From: Marsupella aquatica
Lineage: Eukaryota; Plantae; Marchantiophyta
Length of the DNA stretch: 64,000 nt
Direction: 5' to 3'
NCBI GenBank assembly: GCA_973895155.1
Contig: OZ316894.1
Coordinates: 1,053,968 to 1,117,967, forward strand
This document shows, piece after piece, positions 52,612 through 64,000 of this stretch. The translations under genes and the position numbers were made by a program. Under the pieces are notes generated by a model, which was not told where the DNA came from, searched no databases, and saw nothing but the letters and a program-made list of their open reading frames with translations. The stretch's first letter is position 1; each line of letters opens with the position of its first letter.

Positions 52612-53181
52612 ATTGATAGAACTCGTAGGTTACAAGTCTCCACTCAAATGACTTGTGATTAAGAGGGTCGAGTTGATTTCCATGCGTTGGTCTAAAGTGA
52701 GAGAACAAGACAATCAAATTAATACTCTATGATCTCTCAAAGCTATTGAATGGACTTTCTTATAATTATTATTTTATTTGTCTTAGTATATTTTAATTCT
52801 AGAAAATGATGTCATTTCATTCCTTCTAGTAGGTTGGATATCATCCTAGTTAACTTTGTCTAGACACTATAGTCATTCCATTGTATTGGTGCTTAGTTAG
52901 ATATCTTACTCAAGCTAAATGTTTTGAATATAGATGCTATCAAAGCTTATATGTTATTACTAGATTCTATCTATTTTCCAACCAAATGAACACTTTTATC
53001 ACCCAAATGTTTTTTAATATCATCCAATTTAATATTTTACTTTCCCAAAATTTCATTTTTTTGTCCCCAAATTTACATTTAATGATGCTTGAATTTTCAT
53101 TTTTCATCTTCCAAATTTACAATATTCATGCCTAAAACTATGTTTTTAAATCGCCAAATTTCCCTATATCCTTTATAATTT

Positions 53182-53201
53182 CAGTTTTAATGAATATAGT
53201 G
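53182..53201 (-). repeat. Right terminal inverted repeat
   Basis: CAGTTTTAATGAATATAGTG, exact reverse complement of 40490-40509. Confidence 0.95.
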
Positions 53202-55767
53202 ATTTACCTGAGATAAATATTTATAGGATGACATCAAATCCCATCACTTTTCATTTAGCTGCAAAATGTGAACTCATCGGTAGTCTTCAGGTGGACATAG
53301 TAAACTCAACAATATTCATTAGACTAAAAGAAATAAAACACATCAATAATTGCAAGTCACGATACTGTATGTAGTTAGGTCCAGGGAGGAAGTTATTAGC
53401 TATTAAAACATGTGACGCAGGACATCTTCTCCAGAGCCGAGGGGCCGAGTTCAGGAGCGAGGTCTATACGTACCTATGTGGAGCAGCCCGTCTACACGTA
53501 CTCCACACTTCCACACTCCACACTTTGAATGTGATTTTGAAGAGCTCTTTGGAGGAACAATGGATGGGATGGGCACTCGTCATAATTGCGAGTGTGGATG
53601 ATACAGTGTTGAGTGATTGTGTAAAGAGTGTCATGAATGTGGCCAACAAGCATTTGACCTCAGCACTATCTGAGACGAAAACAGCTAATTTCCGCATGGA
53701 TGGTCGTGCCTGACCACTTGCAGGATCGAGATCAGACCATTTAGATCAAGAGGCTCCAGGTGGAGCTTCTTCTGTTTTCGTTTTGGCACCAAAGAAGCTC
53801 GAATTAAAGGTGGCGAGCCTCTTTTTGACATCACCTTTCTAGATTACCTTCTGAAGAGGGCTGTTCGAAGCCTTCGATATGACTGCTTTTGCAACCGTTT
53901 TAGTGCAATCCGATGACTGTAAGCGTTTCAAGCCAAGTACGGTACATTGTCTTGGACGTCATCGTGATCGATCGATAGTCTCATCAAAACTTCGCTACGC
54001 ACTATTGAACCGTGCAGCCAAACAATCAGCTAGCAGCTAGCACTTTGTTCAGAAACTCAGGTTCTGAGTACCCAAAACCCTTAGAATTGGCATGCTTGGA
54101 AGACATGACCCGATGGCAGCGCAAGTACGTGCACAACTCCAGTTGACATTCGCGGCAGATGCCGCAGCACTACAGTAGCATTGCTACACTCGCTTGGTCT
54201 GGCCCCTGCTGCTCTTCTAGCCTTGACCAGCCATACCACAGGTGCTAGGTCAATCGAGTCGATTGAAGCCGGAACGCAGCTGTCAATTACACAGTGAATT
54301 TGATGGCGTCGTCTAGACTGACGTCTGGGTCACTCGGTCACCCGGTCTTGTAGGCCTCAATTACCGCCGCTCTCCACTAATGAAAAGCTGCCTCACTCTT
54401 CACATTTTCAGCTAACTGTTCATTGCAGTGTTATTACTCGTTCAACTTCTTCCCTTTAGAGCTCACTGTAACCTGTCAAGGCTTTGATGGCACAAAAGAC
54501 TCATGAGTGGTTTCCTCGAGATTTTGTTAATCGTCGGTCAACAATGCATAAGTGCAGTGTGTGCAAGTGCATTCTGTCGTCAAGTGCAGGCTGGCCATGT
54601 AATCCCCTAATATTTAAACATTTTCCTCAGTCTCTAAATGCACCAAAAAATGTAGTTCACATAAGTGCAGGTCGACCCTTACTGTTTAGAAATAATGGCA
54701 GTAAGTGACAAATACATAAGTGCATTTTTTATTGTTTGATAAGTGTACAATGCACATGCACTTATCAAGCAGTTACTGCAACGGATAAGAAGACCCACAA
54801 TCCTGCACGAAAGAATAACTGGATCCTAAAGGCCATGGTCCTATATGCAAGAAAGGACCAGTAATCAACACTGCATTTTTCAAATTGATTGCACCTCAGT
54901 GGTTGTAGTTCTAATTCAGACCCCGTTTCACAAACATGTATATATATATAAACATGACCTTTAATCAATCAGCATACCAATTCGACTCTGTACTTTTCGT
55001 CTCCGTCCGGGTGAACTCGCACTATGCCACGTTGACTCTCGCACAAATGTGCAGTCCCAAGGTCATATTTATTGACGAGTGGAGCATACAATTGTCTACA
55101 TAAAGTAGCTAGTTTCATGCACTTATCCAGTTGAATAGTGCAATATGAGGGCTCGTGATATGAGTAGGCCGATGTGTGTGAGCTGAGAGCATCTCCTACT
55201 CCGCCTACTGGGTTTGCTTACTCTTATTGAATATGGTGACCAAACCCAGGAAAGAAACCCATTCACTCTAGAAAGCTATGAATCCCATTTTCACGGACAG
55301 GGTTTTTTTGGTTAGTGGATCTCATATATATTGGATATGTATATGGAAGAGTTGTACATGTCAGCATAGTTGACTTTCTTCTGGGTTAGTTATACTTGAT
55401 TGAATTTTCAACATTTTAATCTACAATCACCAGTTGCTGATCTCTACTATTTAGTAAAATTATCCCGTGGGGACCAGTACTGGGGTTTCCAGTTTAGGCT
55501 AGTGCATTTCAGGTTGCCATGATAGGCACACACAGTGAACTAAGAAAAAAACTTTGTTAGATTGGGTATTTATTTGTACCCAGTATCCAAACAGTGTTGG
55601 GTTGACAACTCATATGAGGAAGTGCATTTAAGCTCACTGCACAACGAGAAGACTATATGGTAAGATGTTACATGGATTGTGTTGCAGGGATGACAGTGAA
55701 CCTGTTTGACCACTGGCTGCTCCTACAGAAGTCACCTAGTAGGGTTGGGTTCCATGCTCAAAGGTCT

Positions 55768-55920
55768 CACTATATGGAGGCCTCGCCATCACCTGTAACG
55801 TCTTTAGGCCTCGGACCCACTAAAATGTAAGAATGTTTTTTGAAACCCCTAAAAGTTATAATATTTTTACTATGAATATTTCAAAATTTGATTAAAAATA
55901 CCCTAATGTTTTTATAAGAC
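55768..55920 (+). mobile_element. Solo CACTA-type terminus, related to the end at 2181
   Basis: CACTATATGGAGGCC...catc...acgtctttagg...gacccactaa...aaacccctaaaa resembles the reverse complement of 2040-2181; no partner end found downstream. Confidence 0.45.
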
Positions 55921-58541
55921 AGTCTCAAAATTGGATCTAAAAGATGTTAATGCATGTTCTTCTTATAAAATTTTTAAGTCTTCTCTTGGAACCAATTAAA
56001 GGACCCTATTTTTCATTGCATATGATATATCAACTTGTGGAAATGAAAGCCCCGAGGTTCCTTGGGCAAGGGGTAGGGAATATGAGTACTCCCTTTCACA
56101 CACCCTGGGCCCCAATACTCTGTATTTGTTGGTGCAAAATATTCAAAATGTATGAATCTTAGATTTGATAGCTAATGATTTGAACTTGAGAGCCAATGAC
56201 AATGCCCTGCACTATATAAGGGGAAGGGGTACCAGTTTCCAGGGGATTAGAATGGTGGGTAGGAGGGAAAATTATACTCCCTAGGTACTACAATATTAGT
56301 ACTCCCTTCACTCCTTGTAAAAGCTTGAACATTATGCACATTGTACTCCTCAGTCCCAGCCCACAAAACCCAACCCAAAGTAATTGAAGTGGGCTGGAAA
56401 CCGTCTCCTGTCATTTTCCAGGTCGCTTTTCTGTCACAAGTGCAATGCATCAAATTGTTCAGCCTTGTCATCAAATTGTCTAGTACTGGAAGGCCGTCAC
56501 TCCAACTTTCTTGTCGACGTATGTTTCAACTCACATAGTCATAATTAATTAAAGTGTACTTTGGTTCAATGTTCTTGAGTTGAAAAATCAATTGCCTCCG
56601 TGATCATAAATTTCGTATAACCTCTCTTTGTTGTTGAACATCCATCTTGAATCCCATATAAAGTCTTACTGTCTCACCCGTGTCTCACTGTAGTTTGTCC
56701 TGCTTGAATTGCAAATCAACTGCACGTAAACTCTCTAACTTCTTGTACACTTATGGACAAGGCACATTTAAAACTTATTTAAATTGTTTTTCCGGCTTGG
56801 CAGAGCAAGGCTTTAGAGGGATAATAAAATCAGTCTGTACCCATACAAGGCATTCTCGATCACATACTCAGGGATTGATGCACATGATGTAAATGAGATT
56901 TCTCAGTCAACTCCTAATTGGTTGTAACAAAGCTAAGTAACATTACTTCCCCACCTTTCCCTCTTCAATTAGTTGCTTTATTATTGTTGTTTTCATGAAT
57001 CCTTTAGTCATGGGTAACTACCTAAGTGAGTAGTTGTCTTCACTGAACTAGCCAATGAGGGGCGCCTTTTTAGCGAGTCTTGCTGGAACTAATATTCCTG
57101 GATAAGTGTATAGAACTGGGATGCAGCTATAAAATAGCAGAAAGGTTTTAGTAAAGGAATGTGAAGTCCAAGGGAAGGCACAGAATTGTGCCTATGCACA
57201 AGGTGGCAACTTATTGAGTGTGATACTGACAGAGGCACGACAAATGCCTATGGACACCATTGCTACATGCATAAGTGCAAAGTTGGAGAAGGCACTTATC
57301 ATGTTAGTGCAAACCACTGTATGTAAGTTCAAGGCCAGCTAGAGCCAGAAAGTGGACCTAAAGAGAGACTATTGCAACAGAATCATGCCCATTAGAAATA
57401 TCTATACACTCCAAAAGAGCCAAAAAGGTTGTTCAGGAGATATGATCCCAGTAGGAGACCCCGTAAAGAGGAGAAAACTAGGAAAGCCCAGGGTCAGAGA
57501 CCAAAGTCAGAACCAAAAAGCCCACTAAAGCAAAGGAGACTGGTGACCAATCTAGTGAGGTAAGCAAAACCTACATAAGGTTAATAAATGAGTAGACGAA
57601 AAACATTATTGCAAAAGACAATACTTTTCTCTTGAAAGGGAAACTGCGGCAAGCCGCCCTCTTGTCTTCCACTAGTAAAGGCTGTACAGTTGAAATAAAG
57701 AACAAGCCATGCTTGCGTCAACCCAACTTTAAATCAGCTCAGTACACTACCGTATATATAACTAAAAAAACCAATCCCTTGACCACAGTTATGTGGTGAT
57801 AATTGACCCTGACATATTCATAAATACAAAGAAAACCATGACATAATTATTTGTAAATATAACAAAAAACATTGTCTGAGAGTATTGTAGATTAAAACAT
57901 CTGCAATGTAATCAAAAGCTGTCTCATCAAAATGGCATCTTTAGAAATACAAAGAACACTATGACAAAATTATTTGTAAGTACAACTAAAATAATGACAA
58001 TATTGTAAATTAAAACATCTTTAATGGCAATATAACTATAAGTTGTATCATCAAAAACAAAAATCAATTAATAATCTACTTAATCTCCTCTGACAAAAAT
58101 GAATGGGGATCTGGAGGTTGCTCTACACAAAAGAACATATAATCATGCTCTACACAAAACCCCAATTTGAGGAATATTGAAATATTAGATTAATTCTAGT
58201 TTTATCTAAATAGTCTCTAAAAAGGCCTGATGCACACCCAATTTAATTGACCCCTTTGTGGATGGCCAAAAAGGCTAGAACAGGAAGCATAGAAAAGTAA
58301 CTACTAAGAAGTCCTGGAATGTACTCCACATAGCCACAAATCTTGGGAAAGGGGGGAGGGGGATGAAGGGGCATGCTACTGTGTTGCATGGCCCCCCTCC
58401 ATGTGTCCCTGGGAGGGCCCCACTTAGAGCATTGACCGTGGCAGCCCCCTGCCCAGGCAGTCTTCCGCTCCTGGCGCCACAGTTTCCTCAACTGATTAGG
58501 TAAGGTAACAATAGACCACTATAGGTAAATGTTATGTTATT

Positions 58542-58819
58542 AGGGCGTCTCAAAGCTGACAATTAATTGATAGACCTTGAATCCCTAGTTATGGGTTAAG
58601 GACACAAAAAATAACAGACCATGAAATTCTTACTAGTCTATAACTTTTTGCCATAAGGATTGGTTGTATGCCATTTACCATGATTAGTCACCTCAGAGGC
58701 TAGCTAGTGAAAGAAAAAATAAAATGAACTTTTACGTAATCTTAATGTGAAAAAGCTATGACCATTTCTTTATGGGTGAATGCCGTCATCCGTATTAACT
58801 CTCAGTTTTGAGACGCCCT
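58542..58819. mobile_element. MITE of about 278 bp (PIF/Harbinger-like geometry)
   Basis: TIR AGGGCGTCTCAAA(G/A)CTGA(C/G)A(A/G)TTAAT at both ends, flanked by ATT on both sides (a TA TSD reading is also possible); a related solo end lies at 59228. Confidence 0.75.
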
Positions 58820-60316
58820 ATTAGTTATATAACTTGATGATAAGTCATAGTTATTCAAATTAAACCTATAGACTGTGTCAAGAGAAGCTAAAAGGGCTTT
58901 AGTGTTCACAAGTTCTTATAGTTTAGTTGGGAGAAAGGTGAAGTCTATAGTCTAGAGTGCATTTTTAGATATTCTAAAGTAGACTAGGGTATTTTTGGGC
59001 TAAGTTTCTAGTTGCATGGCCATAGAGTCAGTACTTTTGGAAAAAATGGATGCCCAATGAACTTGTTGTTTGAGAGTTCTTATGGGGTTTTCTCAATACA
59101 TATATCGTTTAGAAAAATAGCTTTGACATCGAGGGAGCCGACGGGAAGTCATTGTTGAAGCTTGATCTGCTTTCATCTTGGCAGAGGAGGTTTAATTTAC
59201 AAGAGACGGGGACTATAAGCTAGCTAATAGGGCGTGTCAAAGCACTATTGCAAACAGTTATAGCTCAGGACATAAATGCTATTAAACATAAAATGCTATT
59301 AATTCCGGCCAGGACAGAAGAATTGCTATGGGCAAAATACAGGCCCCATAAGGGTGGTTTGTCCAAACAGAAGTGCGATGGGCTCCAAAAACACTTTGCT
59401 TAGGATAACACTTTGCTTAGGAGAGAACTTTGACACTCCCTACTATATCCCAAATTCAACTTTGACTTGCAAGGCACCGTGCACTGAGAAGCACCTGCTT
59501 TGTCTACGTTCTCCTAAGGAGGAAAACCTGCTCCGTTTACACTGAGCTTAGTAGTAAGCGGACTCTGAGAGGCACTCTCAGATCGAGCTGCTAAGACCCA
59601 GACCACACATTCGCATCTATAAAATAAAAGAAGAGCACAGGCAGATAAATGATCTAGACTCTGCACATCGTTCCCAATCTCTCAATGCACAAAAGTCCTG
59701 TCACATGATGACATTCAGGAGACATTATGTTGAAATCGCACTCTGAGCGAGGTCGGGTACTGTCGGGAACTGTCGAGGAGGAACGGGGACCAAACGAGAC
59801 TCATTCAGCTGTGGCCTGGGATCGAATATCATCTGCTGCTGAAGAAATCGCTTGGGTACGTACATTGCCGTCCACTCCAATGTACTGTGAGCTTCTTGTT
59901 GCTTTTGGCCCCTGCTGAAGTCCTGTCTGCTGAGCTTGAAACAGTTGGTCCTTCATTACATTAATCATCTATGTAATTTACGCTGCCTCTTTGCTTGTTG
60001 CACTGCGTGGCTGGTGCACAGAGAGCCGGAGGACGAAGTAGGAGGAAGGAGTAAATTGCTGGTGCCTCCTCCGTGGGGGATCTGTTTCAGACAGTTCATC
60101 CACACCATCGCACGAGCTTGATTTCCAGGGTTGCAAGGAAGAAGACATGAGGTGATGCTGTGACACAGGTGGCCGTCCCGACCTCTCTACTCAATGATGC
60201 CAATTTATATATTATCGACTTAGGATCTGAATTATTTGTCACTCTTACAACGTGAGCAATGGGAATTGCAGAACAGTTCCGTGGATTAATCCATCAATCA
60301 ACTGGCGACTCTCACG

Positions 60317-63300
60317 ATGGCAACAATGATTAGAGGCACTCTTCTCCGGTATCTTACCATCGCCGCTATTATCCTCGCCAACGGGAAATGGTCTTTTTGC
60401 AGTTCTATCCACAGCAGTCTAGACAGAAGTCTAGACAGACATGCTACAGCGGCGTTAAAAACGATGGGGCGAGCCAGGATGGGACGAGCCACTCGTTCTC
60501 TAGGGTTCAATCTGGTATCCACTAGTGCGTCCAGTCCTACTAATCCGACACGCTACAAAATAACGAGAAGATCACTCTCGCTTGAACAAAATGAAAAATT
60601 CTATCCGATCGAGTCAAGCAAGGAAGTGGAAATTCTCATGGCTTTCAAGAGTGAAATCACACGTGATCCACTGGGAGCGCTGAACAGCTGGCGTGCAAAT
60701 GACACTGATCCCTGTAGATGGACGGGGGTTCAATGTTCTCCGACTTCCAAGTATGTCACCATCATCAATCTGGAGGGCCTTTACCTGGTAGGAACTGTCT
60801 CAACCCTCCTCGGTCAGCTTTTAAATCTGCAGCATCTGGACCTCTCGCAGAACTTCTTGCACGGCTCAATACCGGCCAGTCTGGGCAACAACTCCAATCT
60901 TTTGTATCTCAACATGTCCTTCAACAACCTGCATGGATATATCCCGCCGTCAGTGGGAAATCTTGACAAACTTCAAGCCCTAGACTTGTTCACTAACAAT
61001 CTCACTGGAGGGATGCCAGAAGGACTCGGCAACTGCTCGGCCTTACGAATCCTGGAGTTAGGCACAAATTTTTTGGAGGGTGGTATTTCCTCTCAATTTG
61101 GCAGGTTGTCCAATTTGAAGTATCTGAGTATCAGGGGCAACTTAATTTCTGGCTCCGTTCCACCTACTTTGGGAAATTGCTCATCACTTACCGCGTTGGG
61201 GCTGCTCGACAATCAGAGACTGGGAGGAGAGCTCCCGTTCCAGTTGGGAGAGTTGATTCAAATGCAGCGTTTTGACGTACGCGGGTGTAACTTCCACGGG
61301 AGTTTCCCCTTGTGGACATTGAATCTCACTTCACTGCAGCAATTCGACCTACGTGGAAATCAATTCACTGGACAGTTACCTCCGTCCTGGAGACAATTAT
61401 CAAATCTCTCCGCATTAGATTTGGGATATAATTTTTGGGATGCATCTGAGATTCTACCTGATATAGGTGCACTGACTAATTTGAAATTTGTTTCCTTCCC
61501 GACTTGTAATCTCGTCGGAGAGATTCCTAGATCCATATTCAATCTCAGCTCCCTTCTGCGACTTATATTGTCCAACAACCAGTTAGCGGGTCCTATACCA
61601 AATAACATAGGTCTGCTCGGGAACTTGGAGGATCTTTATCTTGACGCTAATGCTTTGAGCGGCGTACTGCCCTGGGACTCGTTATCTAATTGTTCTTTCT
61701 TAAAGATCCTCTCTGTTGGAGGAAACAACAGATTGGATCCTCAAGCTATTCCCTCCTCGATAGGATCATTGCAAAATCTGCAGGAGATCTTTTGTCATGC
61801 GACGAATGTACATGGTCCAATCCCCACGGAGATAGGTCTACTGCCCTTTCTAAATTTCATGGGAATGGGTGAAAACGATTTGTCTGGACCGATTCCAGCT
61901 TCTCTGGGAAATTGCAGTATGCTTTCCATTCTTGATCTAGGTTATAATCAGCTAACCGGCCAGTTTCCCCCCGAGTTGGGACACCTGTCACAACTGAAAT
62001 TTCTCGGTCTTGAACATAACTTTTTCTCCGCTGGCCCTTTCCCTACCTTCATCTTCAATCTAACGTCAAGCTTGTCTATCGTACAAGTAGACGATAACCA
62101 ACTGAACGGGAAGTTAGATGGAGATTTCGGAGCATTCCAGTTATTGACCTATTTTACTGCTGCAAATAACCATTTTCACGGCCCCCTTCCGGAATCGTTC
62201 AGCAATTGTTCCAATCTGCGTAATTTGGTTTTGTCAGGAAATACCCTGAGTGGAGAAATTCCCCTCAGGCTCGGCAACATAACCAGGCTAGAGTTACTTT
62301 ATCTTGGCAGCAATCAGCTTCATGGAAGTATTCAGGGTGACTTCCTGAGGAACTTTCACTTGATGCAATCCCTTGATTTCAGTAACAATAATTTGAGTGG
62401 TACTATCCCAGCAGAGATTGGCCAGCTTGTCTATTTGCAGCAGTTGAATATGTTTACAAATAATTTCAACGGAGCACTTCCGGATTCCTTGGGGAATTGT
62501 ACACAGTTGCTAGCAGTGGACTTCTCATACAATAGACTGACCAGCAGTATTCCCGGGGAAGCTTTTGGAACGATGTCGTTACTGAATAGCTTGAACTTAT
62601 CGGCCAATCTATTTTCTGGTTCATGGCCATCACAGTTTAGTGCACTGCAGCACATTGTTGTCATAAATGTCTCCGTCAACAACATCTCAGGACCAATTCC
62701 TCTGGGCCTCGGAGCATGCCTTTCGCTGCGAACCTTGGATCTGTCTTTCAATCGGTTGTCAGGACCGCTTCCTCCAGATCTTGTATTGCTTAACGATTTT
62801 ACCACGTTCAATGCTTCTTACAACAACTTAAGTGGGTCGATTCCTAATTCGGGTGCTTTCTACGTCAATCTGACGTCGGCATCATTTTTGGGAAATCCTG
62901 GCCTGTGTGGAGCTATATTGGGGCCTCAACGACTCTGTCCAGTTGAAACTATAGCGTCGCCAAATGGGAGATCACATTGCAATGGTTTCGAATGTCCCAT
63001 TGTGTGGATCTCGGTCGTTTCTGCTCTGGGCTTTGTTATCGTTCTCCTGGGAGCCTTATATATCTCCTCCCGTTATTACGGCAAGAGAGACAGCGGGAGC
63101 GGGAGCGGGGACCTTGGACTCGTCTTATTTACAACTGATCCTTCGATGAGGTTCTTTACAAAGTCGGACATACTTACTGCCGTAGGAGCTGGGGAGAACT
63201 CTGCAATTGGAAGGGGTCCCAAAAGCATTGTGTACAAGGCTAGTTTACCCGGCGGTGAGTTTATAGCCATCAAAGTTCTGCAGGATCGAAGGCCATCTAA

Positions 63301-64000
63301 TATTGAGGGCGGGATTGAGGGACAGAGTCAAGATGAAAAGGAAATCTTGAGCGAGGCCCACACGCTTGCTCAGTTACGGCACCGAAATATCATTAAGCTT
63401 GTTGGGCTGTACTCTAGTGAGGATATGAAGGCCATCTTGCTAGAATACATGCCCAACGGAAGTTTACATGAAAACCTGCATGGAAATGCTCCGTGTGAGT
63501 TGACTTGGGCAGAAAGATTCAAGATACTCTTGGGTGTGACCAATGGAATGGTGTACCTTCACCATGAGTTTCCAGACCCGATCATCCACAGAGATTTGAA
63601 GCCAAGCAACATACTTATGGATGCAGATATGGAACCGAAGCTATGTGACTTCGGCATTTCCAAGTTTGTGACATACAACAACGGGGAGAATGGGGAAGTG
63701 TCCGCCTCAACCATTTGTGGCACCGTTGGCTACATGGCCCCAGGTGAGACTGTTCTACTGATTAATTTACTCTATTCTTAAACTCAATTTGACAGACTGT
63801 TCTCCTTACTGACAGACATTTAATGGAACCTCTGGAAATGTACTCTGAGAGACTATTATTTACATACTTAGTACCAAGACTTAGCCTGTTAGTATTGGTT
63901 TTTGACTTTAATTTCTTCCATTGGTTGACCCAGAATATGGGACAGGTACGAGAGTGAGCACCAAAGGAGATGTTTATAGCTTTGGAGTGGTTCTTCTTGA
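60317..64000 (+). CDS. LRR receptor-like Ser/Thr kinase (LRR-XII/XI-like), 3' end outside the window
   Basis: Signal peptide, LRRNT (DPLGALNSW..DPCRWTGVQC), more than 20 LRRs, GNPGLCG, TM, kinase IAIK/HRDLKPSN/DFG/GTVGYMAP; intron 63744-63933 then EYGTGTRVSTKGDVYSFGVVLL. Confidence 0.95.

Larger units (their letters stand above)
40490..53201. mobile_element. 12,712-bp DNA transposon with CACTA termini and cargo gene
   Basis: Perfect 20-bp TIR CACTATATTCATTAAAACTG (40490-40509) / CAGTTTTAATGAATATAGTG (53182-53201), AT on both flanks (40488-89, 53202-03), AT-rich subterminal regions with cccaaa repeats, and an internal transposase. Confidence 0.9.

Noticed and set aside
56210-57600. Coding remnant after a CACTATATAAG motif
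   Set aside because: Only short broken frames, no recognisable domain and no matching right terminus.

Overview
Eukaryotic land-plant nuclear DNA with GT-AG introns; a bryophyte such as a liverwort is my guess from gene style. Host genes: a rearranged HUA1-like CCCH zinc-finger gene, an orphan gene with LRR remnants, intronless RPL27A, a CCCH/TRM2-type tRNA m5U54 methyltransferase, an RPS27 retro-pseudogene, an ATL-type RING-H2 E3 ligase, a decayed nepenthesin-like aspartic protease and an LRR receptor kinase that runs off the end. The main find is a 12.7-kb DNA transposon (40490-53201) with perfect 20-bp CACTA...TAGTG terminal inverted repeats and a 2-bp AT target duplication. It holds two divergent genes. 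The first is a non-canonical transposase with Sola1/DUF7869-like motifs, preceded in frame by three Tnp1/En/Spm-like domains. The second is a 5-exon cargo gene that I reconstruct as about 1,680 aa, joining a ParB/Srx-like domain, a degenerate beta-class DNA amino-methyltransferase fold and an FCP1/NIF-like HAD domain. Introns of both genes carry arrays of 21-bp palindromes that share a TCG-N9-CGA core. All domain calls are by-eye motif recognition, not database searches.
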